A stretch of 64,000 nucleotides of DNA from the human T2T-CHM13v2.0 reference genome, Homo sapiens: assembly GCF_009914755.1 (NCBI RefSeq), contig NC_060930.1; one strand, 5' to 3'. The notes under the pieces were generated by a model. That model did not search any database, was not told where the DNA came from, and was given only the letters and a program-made list of their open reading frames with translations. The position numbers and the translations under genes are program-made. Shown one piece after another: positions 1 through 13,529 of the stretch; position 1 is the stretch's first letter, and each line of letters opens with the position of its first letter.

Positions 1-360
1 CACAAAAAAGCACAGAATAATGTCCTGTAGTGGAAACATAAATGCAGCTGAAAGCCATTATCCTAAGCCATTACTAATGCAGAAACAAAAAACCAAATAC
101 TGCATGTTCTCACTTACCAGTGGGAGCTAAACATTGAGTACTCATGGACATAAAGATGAGAACAGCAGACACGGGGAACTACTAGAGGAAACAATGTGAG
201 GTGAGTGCAAGGACTGAAAAACTATCTATTGGGTAGTATGCTCACTGCCTGGGTGATGGAATCAATTGTACCCTAAACCTCAGCATCATACAATATACCC
301 ATTTGGTAAGCCTGCACATATACCCCCTGAATCTAAAATAAAAGTTGAAAATTTTAAAAA
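1..360 (+). mobile_element. LINE-1 3' end (L1PB-like), truncated by window start
   Basis: Typical L1 3'UTR text (catgttctcacttaccagtgggagctaaac...aaacctcagcatcatacaatatacccat...aatctaaaataaaagttgaaa) ending in an A-rich tail. Confidence 0.9.
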
Positions 361-604
361 ATGAAATAAAGTGTGACGATCCTTTATGTTGTATAGATAA
401 TGATGTAGACACTGGATTGCGTCTTTTACATTTATTTGGTTATTTATTTCTCACCTCTATTTGGACAAAAAGTCCTCCAGAGAAAATTCTATTTCTTAGC
501 CTATTTTCAGCCTCAGAAGTTAACATGGTTTCTGGAATATAGTAGGTATGCAATACATGCCTCTTTAAAGATCTAAGAATATTCTCTTAAATATTTCTAG
601 TAGA

Positions 605-1150
605 AGAGTGAATTGTTTAACCACTTTGTAAAAACAATCTGGCAGTGTTTACATAGTCTACTGTATGAATCAGTAATTTCATTTCTAGTCATATATCAGA
701 CATAAATGCATCAGCATGTGTGCCCAGAGTCATGGATGAAAACGTCCATGGCAACATTGTTTATAGCAGCTGAAGAATGAGGAATGAAGCACAAATTTCT
801 ATCAATATTATAATGGATAGATTGTGGTGTATTAATGCAATAGAATTCTGTACAGTTATAGAAATGAACAAACTATAGCTTAATGAAATAACTTGGATAA
901 ATATGTCCTCCACCAAAAAGAGCAGAAACATTAAAAAACTCCACACTATATGTTCCTACCTGGGTTATGTTCCATCCTATGTTAGAAATTAGGATTGTGG
1001 TTTCCTTGGGAGATGAAGGAAAGGGTAGTAACCAGGAAGGATAATGAAGATGAGGTTCTGATGTACTGACTGTGTTTCATTTATTGATTTATTAGTTGCA
1101 TGTATATATTGTGATAAATAATTGAATTTTGTGTTTTATACTTCAGCAAA
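605..1150 (+). mobile_element. Old L1M (L1ME-like) 3' fragment
   Basis: Degenerate L1 3' motifs: accactttgtaaaaacaatctggcagt, caacattgtttatagcagc, attgtggtgtattaatgcaatagaattctgtacag. Confidence 0.65.
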
Positions 1151-1672
1151 TAATGTTAATAAATTAGTAACTGCATGATTGATATGCTCAGTGAAAAAGG
1201 ATCTAGAACAGGTCAGTTATAAATTGTTGCCATGGCTTTTTGGATGGGTGTCCTGGGATAAATACTCAACCTCCCTGAGTCTCTCTTCCTACCTCTTCTC
1301 ACAGAGGAGAAAGAAGATTTGTCTGTGATTTCCAAAGTTTATTCCAGATCTGGCATTCTATGCAGAAATCAGAAAGAGATGAAATGACTCTGTTTCATAT
1401 CTTTTTTTGAGACTGCCTTACACAGTAGCTCAGGGCAAATTAAAAGAAAAGAAAATCTAACTTTTTGCATGTTCATGCTTAAACCAAGTCAATGTTCTGA
1501 GACACCGATAACAGGCAGCCTAAATGATAAATCTATTATGAAGTATTTACATTACTATTACTTTGAATATACTGTAGTTTTTCCAGTTGGCATAGTGAAA
1601 AGGTGCATCACTCACCATAATACGTAGAGCAAACATCATGTTGTAGTTCTCAATCTTTGGGGTTTTACATTT

Positions 1673-1898
1673 CAGTATCCCTTATCTGAAATGCTGGGGA
1701 CCAGAAGTATTTCAGATTTCAGATTTTTTTAGGGGAATGTTTGCATTATATTACCCAGCTGAGCATCCCTAATCCAAAAATTCGAAATCCAAAATGTTCC
1801 AATGAGCATTTCCTTTGAACATCATGTGGGCACTCAAAAAATTCAGATTTTGGAGCATTTTGGATTTCAAATTTTCAGAGAATGGATACTCAACCTAT
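1673..1898 (+). mobile_element. Tigger4b/MER46-type Tc1/mariner MITE
   Basis: agtatcccttatctgaaatgctggggaccagaag...gagcatccctaatccaaaaattcgaaatcc...ggatactcaacct matches the recalled Tigger4 (Zombi) internal repeats and TIR. Confidence 0.85.
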
Positions 1899-3719
1899 AG
1901 TGAGAATTTACCATAAATAGAAATCAGCAGCCTCAATAATTTCAGTCCATGAAACATTTAAAACCAAGACCAATGTACAACTCTTGGTCTTGTACAATGT
2001 TGGTGTTGTACAATGTACAACAAAACCAATGTACAACTCTTCAAAATAAAAATGAAAGTCCTGTAATGATGACAGTCAGCACTTAAATCATTCCCAAGTA
2101 CCAGCTTATACTTTTAAATAAAATGCAAATTGATATTGTTTTACTGATAATTAAGGGCAAAGCTTCAATTATTGGGCTTTTTAAAAAATCCATTTTCAGC
2201 TAGAGTTGTTTGTACATTTTATGGTGTAGATATAGCCAGAGTAGGATTTAGTTGGAATTTTTCAGATTACATAATTATTTAATCTACTTTTGTCCAACTT
2301 TGCTTTGTCTTTATAGAACTAACAGTAGCATTGGTGATAGAACATATGATAATCTTGCCTTTCTTGATTATACTGCATATGGAGTTATTAGTCCTGACTC
2401 TGCTCCTGTAATCTAGAATATAAGTTAAAGGAAAATGTTTTGGAAATTCCTGACAACTAGTGAGATGAAAAATCACCTTTAAATATGAAGTATGTATTTT
2501 GAATTCTACAAACATTACTGCTATGGTACCTTGTTTTGTACAAGTTATATATTAGATACACAATTTAATAGTATAACAAATCCCCTAGAATAGTAGAGGA
2601 GAGAGGAATCTTCCCCTGATATGTTTTTGTAATACTTCTTCCTCCTCTTCAGTCAATAGGGAAATGTTTGTTGAAAGACTACTTTGCAGACATTTAGAAA
2701 GATACAGAGTAAGTGTAAGATGTCCCTCCTTGTCCTTGAGGAGTCTCTAGTCAGGCACAGGTAGGACTAAATGAAAAACAACTACAGAACTAAGTAGAAG
2801 AGTGTACAATAATATGGGGAATGTGGAACAAGTTATACGATTAATAGAAATTCAGAAAGAAGGATGATTATTCTGGACAGTCATAATCTCAGGTGATTTC
2901 AGGAGGAAAATGAGCTCTTAAAAATAACTAACTGTGTTTTGCCTGCGATGAAGGGGGGGCAGGTGTTCAGGCAGTGCAAATACATGGAGTCAGTCAGAAG
3001 TCCTATTGATCTTTTCTTTGTAGAGGCTCTCATAGATGTTCTTACCTTCTTTCTCAGTAGGTGAGGTTACCTCTTAACTCACCGAGACCATCAAAGCTTT
3101 CTGGCCTGAGTTCCCTCATCTGAAACAGTTCAATATTGTCTCTTCTTCTCATTTACATAGCTCTATAGTTTCCTGTGTTCTTTTCTCTCTCCTGCTGGTC
3201 TTTGAGGAAGCGGTATCAGTATTTAATTCTTGGTCCCTTTTTTTACCCTTTCTGACACTGTCCCTGAGTAACCTTTCCAGATTCTTCCATTTCTTACTCT
3301 CCACTGAAAAATGTATGTGGTACTCTTGAAAGTTAAGAAATAAAAATAAAGATTTGGCTTATTTATTTCTTCATTTTATTATGATATTTGCTGGATTCTG
3401 CTTGATAGTTAACAGTGGAACTGTAAGTATATCCCCTACTCTAAACTCACTGAGGGCAGCACATGTATTTTTTATCCTTATTTTCTCTCATTGTACCATG
3501 CACATAGCAGATGAGTAATATTGGATAAATAAGAGACTATACATTTCTTCATGCTTCATCATTTTTTTTCTTTCATCCTTTCTTCCATTCATTTATCTGT
3601 CCTTTGAATAGTCAAAGGATTTTAGGTAGTCTATGAAAATAATCTAAAAAGTAAGAGAACAATAAAAACATAAATACTCATTTTAAATGTTTTTTCATTT
3701 ATCTTGAATAAATTTCATT

Positions 3720-4636
<917 letters not shown>

Positions 4637-5000
4637 TTTCTTTCTTGATAGCATTGTTAGCCAGTCATCGAGGTTTTAACGTTTGGGGACTTTTTTTTTT
4701 TTTTTAATTTCTCCCTTTCATTTTCCTTTCATTTTGCGTCACCAGTGCTTTCATTAGATTTTCTTTTCCTCTGATTATTTTCTTTCTCCTGTCTTCCCTT
4801 TGCACCACTCTGGTGAAGGTCTTCATTCCTCACCAGTCTGCTATGAACATTTCCAACAGATCTCCCTACATTTATTTTACTTACTTCCATCAGGCCTCTA
4901 TGAATTAAACCCCACGACATACCTATCTCCTCAAAATACTTTACTGTCTGTCTGTTACCAACATCAGCAATTCTTAGCCCTGATCATCGCAATTATCTGT

Positions 5001-5924
5001 CAGGGCCAGCTGCATAATTTGCAGGGCCCAGTGAAGAATGAAAATATGGGACCCCTTGTTCAAAAGCAGAAAAAAGTATCATTAAAGGAACTAGAAAATT
5101 TAAACTTTCCTGATTTTCCATGGCCTTTCACTCAACTTGTCATGATGTTTTATTTCAAATTTGTATTTAATGTTGCATTAAGAAAAATTTAAATTTTAAA
5201 TTGTTAACATATATTTTACTGTTCATCTCTATATTTTGCAGTGACCATTCTAAATGCAAATAAGACCATTTAACTTATTTGCATAAACAGTAATGTTACA
5301 CAGTATATAGTTTGTAGCTTATATGTACATATATATTTCTCTCTTGTCAGAACAGTGGAAATGTGGCACAAAACTATCTCAACTGATTTAACTTTTTGCT
5401 TTGGTCTCATTTACCAACAGTTTAACTTATCTTACAGATGAATAAAGAAGACTGAAAAGCAAAGAAACTACGGGTTCCTTTGTCTTTCTCTTTCCTTCTC
5501 TGTTATTTTCAGTTGGCTAATACAGAAAAGTAGCGTGAGCAAGAAAGGATATGACAAGGTTCTTTGGTCATTTCTATCACCTAGAATGCCATTGCTTCCT
5601 TTCTACCCTCAAAGCAATTCTGGTTCAAGCAGAAAGCTTGGCCTTTTGGGGGCTGTCAGCACCCCCATTTACCCAGTCATAGGCGTAGCCCTTACCTTGT
5701 ACTCACTTTGAGTCTTGCTGAACTCCCACTTATTTTGAGCTCCCTGGAATTCAGTGCTCAAGGGTCATTTTGTACTCTACATGTGAATGGAGTAAGAAGG
5801 AATGGCAGCAGACAAAATTACTGATAAAATTATTAAGAATTTCATGACAGCTACAGGAGAGTATTAAGCCAAACATGGGGCTTTGGGAGATGGCACAGTC
5901 TGAATGCCCATGAAGCCACTACTG
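5001..5924 (-). mobile_element. MER45 (B/C-length) hAT-Tip100 DNA transposon
   Basis: Left end cagggccagctgcataatttgcagggcccagtgaagaatgaaaatatgggaccccttgttc and right end gcccatgaagccactactg match both MER45 termini in reverse orientation; ~920 bp. Confidence 0.8.
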
Positions 5925-6069
5925 TTTGTATGGATCCTTTAAAAAATAAGTCTCCAGCCTCAGCCTCTGTTAATCACAGTCTCCAGGGAGGGGTCTAGAC
6001 ATATGTATCTGAAATCAACAACAACTACTGCAACAACTTCACAAGTGATTTTATGAGCTGATATAAAAG

Positions 6070-6520
6070 TCTGTAATCTCTTAGGCTAGCATTAGAAGAT
6101 CTTTATAATCAATTCCTTAACTACTTGCTTAATTTTATCACATTACTGTCTACTTTGAGCCCTTGCCTATGACTCCATAGAATTATTTGATGTCTCTGGT
6201 TATATTTTGTGTTTTGGTCCACCCTGTGATGCTCATGCCATTATCCTCAATCTCAGTGCTCATTCTCTCCTTACTACTTATGGGAATTATGCTATCATTT
6301 CTCTTAAACACATATCAAAGCCTAAGTCCTCTCTAAAACCTTCCCCCACTACTCCAGCCCACAGTGAATCCTCCTTTTCCTCAGTTTTTATAGGACTTAG
6401 GTTCTAGCCATTTATTTTATGCACACTATTCTGTAGTGTGCCATTACTTATTCTTTTATGTGCATGTTCTTTCTTCCTCACTAGACTCAGGGTTTCTTTA
6501 GTACTTGGTATTCTGTTGAG
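6070..6520 (+). mobile_element. L2 3' fragment
   Basis: L2-like cctctctaaaaccttcccccactactccagccc...cttcctcactagactcagggtttc. Confidence 0.5.
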
Positions 6521-6959
6521 GCTTAAAATGGCCATGCTAGGATCTAAGAGTTATGATAGTTCCTAGAAAATCTTAAGGAATAAATAACTCTAAAAAATAA
6601 GCTGGCTTCTATTTCCTAATTTGATTGGACCACAGTACTTTTCAGGAAGGAATTTACATTCAAAATGTATTTTTGGCCAGTCACCGTGACAGTGCTTTTA
6701 AAATTATTTAATTTCTGAAATTTAAATAAAATTAGTAAAATTCATCTGAAATGTGATGCCTTAGCTGTGCTGTTACAAGTCTCTAGAAAAGTTGTAAAAT
6801 CTATTTTCTACATTTTTTCCCTTTCCAAATGAGTAGTTTGAGTAGTTTTCCTAAAAGACAGAATTTTCAAACAAAATTAAGAAACTGTCTTCAATGAATA
6901 AAAAGGTAACTTTATCAGACTGACATCTGTAAACTTAATTTGGAGCCAGAAAGAACAGA

Positions 6960-7130
6960 TATAATTGAAATATATATTATATATATATTTCTATATATAT
7001 ATTTGGAATATATAGATATTTCATATATATATTGAAATACATATGTTAAATATATATTTATTGAAAAATATATTAAATACATATATTTAAAAATAAATAT
7101 ATTAAATAAATAAATATATTTATATATTTA
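6960..7130. repeat. AT-rich low-complexity (TA)n-derived tract
   Basis: Almost entirely A/T with many TATATA runs. Confidence 0.9.
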
Positions 7131-9759
7131 CTTAATCTTTCTTGTTTTTTGGTGAAAACAAGTGGCAATGTAGTGTGACCTTATACAAAGATATCTTTCT
7201 TGGGGAGGTGTGAAATTATGAGGTGGTATCCAAGTGTTTGGCTTAGAATGTCTGTCATGACTGTCAAAGCCATTAATTTATAAAGTGAAATTAGAAAGTA
7301 ATGTGTTTCTCCCAAACACACCAATGTGCATGCATGTGATATTCTTACAATACATTAATTAACATCATCACTTTTTTTTATAAACTATCAGTATATCTAG
7401 ATAATTTATAAGGCCCTCTTCCAGCTTCAAATGTTATTTTATAAATTTTTGAATGTGTTAAGTTTAAGAGTGTATTTGATTAAGGCTTAGTGCTAATGGA
7501 AATCTTATTAAATGTTATTAGAAAAAAGATTTCTTTAAAAAGATAAATATGTTCCAATACTATACTAATTTTAGAAAAATAAATTTAATCTTTTTATATC
7601 AGTTATCTAATGTCATTTAATCATATAGATAAAAGGTCTTTAAGTTCTAACAGAGTTAATACAGGATCGTCATCTAATTCAAATATTAAAATTTAATTTT
7701 CCAACCATGGAAACTGTGCTACATTTATATTAATAATCACTGGAAGTATTCTGGAGGTTCTTTTGTGCTTTTTTCTTAGGCATTTAAGGAGACTGGTGAA
7801 TAGCCATACTTGCCATGGCTATTCTTTTGTTCACTCTTTCTTTAGGGAAAAAAATAGACAAGAAAAAGCATAAAAGAATAAAAAGAAATGCATCCTTGCT
7901 GTGGTGTTTCATGACATTTCTGCACTTGAACATCTGGAAAGCCTAGTGTGACAGTGACAACCGAATTGACAAAGTTGCTGACTGCATCCACTATTACAAA
8001 AAAATATGGGCACTAAAAGTGCCACTTTAATTCTGAAAAGCTCAATACAGTGTCTCTTCATTTTGGCCTTGAAGATAGAAAGAGAAACCACATTTATTTT
8101 GAAGATGCATTCTGAGCATTGTGCATCGCACACATTGGAAAACAACAGCTCCAAAGAAAGGAACATGCATTATAGGAAAAGAGAAGAGAGCAGCTGTGGA
8201 ACTCGGTCTAATTGCGGACCCTAGATGGGTTTGATAATCAAATGACTATTCTGCATAAACTAGAAGTAAAATGGCAAAACATTAATTACTCCTATTATTG
8301 CTTTTATATATTGAGATGTGGGACAAAATGCATAATACATTTTAAGAACAGAATCTAAAGGAAAAGAAAAATTTCTACATGGAAATATCTGCAGTGTCAA
8401 AGAAAAGATGCCACAGGAAGAAAGCAGCCCTAAAATAAAATGCTGACAGGCATAAAACAAAAGTTATATATCTATAATATGCTATAATTTAACAAAGATA
8501 CAAAATGAAGAGGAGTAATAATATAAAGATAATGTATTAAGTCTTTAAATGAAGACAAAATGTACATTGAAATATTTTGGTTAACTGGCAGGAACTAAAC
8601 AAGACTTTTGATGTTAGGGCTGATTATGCTGAAGTGTTGTTATTTGTGTGCCACTAAATTTTATGATTTACCTCCACAAATTGCATGAGCAATTTATGGA
8701 ACTATCATCCAGTGAACAAAAGACAGGATAACAAAATGAATTAATATTACAGTACATGGTGTTCAATACTATTATTCTAGTGGGAATACTCTCGGTCTGA
8801 ACTGATCCAGCAGTTTTTGTGAAATGTAAACCTCTTCAATACAAATGGGCATTCATTACTGAAATCTGGCCATAAGTAAAAACTGAAACCTAATTATTCC
8901 CTGTTAAGTTCTAGAGAAAAAACAATCAGGTCTGTGACTACTGTACTCTGTCACACTTCAAAAATAGCGGCCAGCTCCAAAAATCTAGGAGCAGCAAACC
9001 ACCACCACCACCACAAAATGATTTGCTGTTCTGCTATTAGGTTTTTGGAAATGTGTGTTATTAAGGATATTTTAACATAATAGGTATATGAGCCTTAAGA
9101 AGCCCAAGTCTAGTCTCTGCCTCATACCTCAGGAATCACCTCTTCTACTCTGGAAAGTTAAAACCATGCTTTGAGTTAGAGTAAATTTATCACTAAATTC
9201 AACTTAACTCATTGGATGTGTCTTGATTTCTAGAAAAGATTTTGATTTGTTCAGGACTTCTCTGTTCATAAGCAGCACAATTGGAAATGGACTCCAGGTA
9301 TCTCTATGCCAAGTACAGTCATCTTCCATTTACTCTTCTAATTAAATTTGAATGCTTTCTTTTAAAACTTGAGATTGAGCCCATGCATTGACACTTATTT
9401 GCTCCAGTTTATATAATAAAAACATTGAGAGTGTACGACTGCGTGTGAAAAGAAGAACAACGTTTTCTATAAATTGCTTCATCATTACTTACGGATCAAT
9501 AAATATGTGCTGATAAATTACACATTAAGGACTCAACCATTTATGAAAAATAATAGTAAATATCTGCATTTCTCTGAGCCATTGACTACATAGCTAGGGA
9601 CGGCCTGCAGTGGTAAACTCTGCTAATTCGTGACTTGATGCCCATTTTCCCTGCCCTCATTCTTAATAGAGCCCAATTTGTTTGGGGTATCAATGTGAGC
9701 AGCACAAGCAATGAACTGTTATCTAGCTCAGTTAATCTTGACAGTACTTTTCCTCAATT

Positions 9760-10120
9760 TCACAGCCTTCTTTGTAGCTGTAGATGTCCATGTGCTCCCT
9801 TCAAGCTGCTCCAAGAGTTTCTTGAAGAGTGTTTGTTTTCATTATGAATGGGGTCAGTTGTAGCCAGCAGTGTCCTTTCTCCTCCCTTGCTCCTCTTGGG
9901 CCTTGAACATGAATCTGATGCACACAGCTTCATGAGAAAACAAGCACACGAAAAGGTCAAGAATCCCTGAAATCTCAGTCCTGATATGTTTGAGTTGCTG
10001 AACCGCTGATAGCAGCCACCTACCTCCATCCAGTCTTCTTTGGTGAGAAAAACAAAACTCTATTTGTTCAAGCTACTGCTAGCTGAATTTTCTGTCACTT
10101 GCAGTCTAATGCATTGCTAA
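9760..10120 (+). mobile_element. Old MLT1 (J/K/L-type) MaLR LTR fragment
   Basis: 3' LTR motif tgagaaaaacaaaactctatttgttcaagctactg...ttttctgtcacttgcagtctaatgcattgctaa. Confidence 0.55.
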
Positions 10121-10352
10121 ATAAGATTTCATGGCTTAGAATTGAATAAGCTCATTTTAAACACTAGGGGAAGAGATTTTAAAAAGGGAAGGGCAGATGC
10201 CATGAAAACATACTTAAAAAGTTATTTTGACTTCTTAGAAGTTTATTTGAACACTTCATGTTTCACTGTGATTGTCTTTACAATTCTTCAGTCAAGTGGC
10301 CAGAGATAGAACAATTTGCAATTACCGTGAAACCAGAACTCATTTGCAAGGG

Positions 10353-10367
10353 TTATATATATATATT

Positions 10368-10402
<35 letters not shown>

Positions 10403-10580
10403 GCATATTATACATAATATATAATATATATTTATATATAATATATTATATATATTTATATATTATATTTTTTATATATTATATGTTTATATATTTTTAT
10501 ATATTATATATATTTATATAGTTTTTATATATTATATATATTTTTATATATTATATATATTTTATATATTATATATAATT
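10353..10580. repeat. Compound (TA)n/(CA)n microsatellite and degenerate TATAT/TTTATATA array
   Basis: Seen directly. Confidence 0.95.
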
Positions 10581-12222
10581 TTTTCCCTATGGCAGACTCA
10601 GAGAATGGCCTGCATTTATTGACTATTGCAATCCTACTTGATACTAAAAATATGGGAGAAAGAGTCCATCTATAGAATCATGGAAAGTTAGACTGGTAAC
10701 TGTCTTAACCTAGCCAGACTCTGTTGAATATATTAGGAATTAAGCAGTATATGTTTGTGAAGGAACAGTGGACATTGCTATGCAGAACTCATCCATATGG
10801 TGGGTTAGTTCTTAAGCAACAGTCATTAATCTTGCCTAGAATATTCAAAGAGCATGGTAAAGTCCAGCCCTATCTCTCAGGAAATAAAATTTTGGTGACT
10901 AAGATAAGGCAAAGGGAGGTTTTAAGAATCAGGCAATGATTCTGGGATGTCAGGAGACATTATAGCTGTAGTTGATTTTCAGAACAGATTACGAGTCAGA
11001 CTTTAGAAGTATAAGTAAAAGGATCTAGAAAATGGAAGCAAGAGTTTGCAAGGATCTAGACACAATGTTAAGACTCCAACCAAGAGGCTTGGGGTTCTGA
11101 ATAAGTCTCTAATTTTAATGAAGTCATAGAGTGCCAATCAGGAAACTGAACTGGAGCCCAAAAATAAAGATAGTTGCAGAGAGTGCAGGGGTGGCACTTA
11201 GCACACAGGGGCTCAGTGTTCAATAGACATACCAAGTGTTAGTCTACGCAGGTAAACTAATGCCTTACCCCGCACACTCTTCAAGTTGAGATTTGTAACA
11301 CCAGTGGACCCATTTACATATCCTCATAACCCATTTACTCTGGGCAGCACATTCCACAAAACAGAGATACTAACTAGCAATACTTATGGTAGTTTCTGCT
11401 TAAGCTGCTGACTTTCATTCATTGTAAAATGTGACTCATGGATAGATACATATGTATGACCACCAATACATAAATTATAAATGAAGAAAAAATCATATGG
11501 CCAGTAGTTTACTGGGAATAATGCACTCTGATATTTTCTATCATATTCAATTTTTTACTATTACTTACTGAAAACAAAAAAAAAGTTGTGATTGACAAAA
11601 CTGATTTTTGACCCATTAATAAGTAGATCAGAACCTACAGTTTGAAAATGCTGCCTTAGTTCCTATGAAGATGAATTCTTCGTTCCCAATTGTGCTATTC
11701 CATCTCCAGTTTTTCAAGTCATGATTCTTCCAGCCACACTTTTTTTTTCCAGTTATTGCAAGTGTGTGTTGTCCCAGCGGTGCTCTCCATAATGACAGAA
11801 TTCTTCTACCAATGCTAAACTCCTTGAAGATTGTTACTTAATTTTTATTCAACCATTTGCAAGAAGAAACCTGGAGCCTTCTTAACATAGGCATGCTGAA
11901 ACCCAGTGATAGGCAGTTTCTTTGTGTTTTCTGGTAGCAGGTCTAGCCTCTATTTGTCAGTCATTTATGGGCCCAGAGTGCTTAATTAGTGGCAGAAAGG
12001 GACATAATAGTGAGAGAAGCATACATTAAAAAATTACTTGACCCAGGATAAGGATGTGGAACACTGTTGGCTGAGAGTGCTAGGAATCTGCTGCTCGTGA
12101 GACAAAATTCCAGTTTAGTTGGCCAGGCTAACCACCATTGGCTAGAATCATACAAAAACACTTAAAGCACAAAAAAATCACGTAAGCTGTGCTCTGAATG
12201 CCCTACACTTACATGTATTTTA

Positions 12223-12333
12223 TGTGTGTGTTTGGTTTGTGTGTGTGTGTGTGTGTGTGCCTGTGTGTGTATATATATATATGTGTATGTGTATGTGTGT
12301 ATATGTATATATATAGATACACACACACACACA
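12223..12333. repeat. Compound (TG)n-(TA)n-(CA)n microsatellite
   Basis: Seen directly; abuts the Tigger3b left end. Confidence 0.95.
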
Positions 12334-13529
12334 CAGTCATGCATCATTTAATGACAGGGATTGAGAAATGTGTTGTGACATGATTTTGTCATTGTGTGAA
12401 CATCATAGAGAGTACTTACACAAACCTAGATGGTACAGCCTACTACACATCTAGGGCATATGATATAGCATTTTGCTCCCAGGCTACAAGCCTGTATAGC
12501 ATGTTACTATATTGTAGGCACTTGTAACACAAAGATAAGTATGTATGTATCCTGTATCCAAACATATCTAAACACAGAAAAGCTACAGGTAAAAATGTGA
12601 TATAAAAGATTTAAAATGGTACATCTGTATAGAGCATTTGCCATGAATGGAGCTTGTAGGACTGGACGTTGCTTTGAGTGAGTGAGTGAGTCACGGTGAG
12701 TGAATGCGAAGGCCTAGGACATTACTGTACACTAAGATTTTATAAACACTGTACACTTAGGCTGCACTAAATTTATTTAAAAAATTTTTCATTCTTCAAT
12801 AATAAATTAACCTTAGCTTGCTGTAATATTTTTACTTTATAAAATTTTTCATTTTTAAACTTTTGATTCTTTTGTAATAAAGTTTAGCTTAAAATACACA
12901 TTGTACAGCTCTACGAATTTTTTATTTCTTTATGTCCTTAATTTATAAGCGTTTTGCTATTTTAAAATTTTTATTTTATTTTTTACTTTTTAAACTTTTT
13001 TGGTTAAAAACGAAGACACAAACCCACACATTAGCCTAGGCCTCTCCAGGGTCAAGGCCACCAATAGCACTGTCCTCCACCTTTATATCTTACACCACTG
13101 GAAGGTCTTCAGGGGCAATAACATGTAGAGCTGATAACAAGTCTGCCCTGATAACATTTCGTTCCGGGATTCTTCCTGAAGGACTGCTTGATGCTGTTTT
13201 ATACTTAATATTTTTTTTTTATTAGTGGAAGGGGTACACTCTAAAATTACAATAAATTATATTATAATAATTAGGTAAACCAGTCATATAGTCATTTATT
13301 ATCATAATCAAGTGTTATATATACTGTACATAATTGTATTTGTTGTATTTTTGTCCCATGGCAGCACAGATTTGTATACCGCAGTGTTACCACAAACACA
13401 TGAGTAATGCCTCTCACCGCTATGTTATGATGGTGTTGATAGAAATTTTTCAGCCCCATTATAATCTTACGAGATCACCATCATATATATAAGTCGTTGA
13501 CTTAAACATCATTTTATGGTGCACGACTA
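12334..13529 (+). mobile_element. Tigger3b (MER7B/Golem) DNA transposon
   Basis: cagtcatgcatcatttaatgac...gaacatcatagagagtacttacacaaacctagatggtacagcctactacac at the left end, reciprocal TIR ...ttatggtgcacgacta at the right end; ~1.2 kb. Confidence 0.9.
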
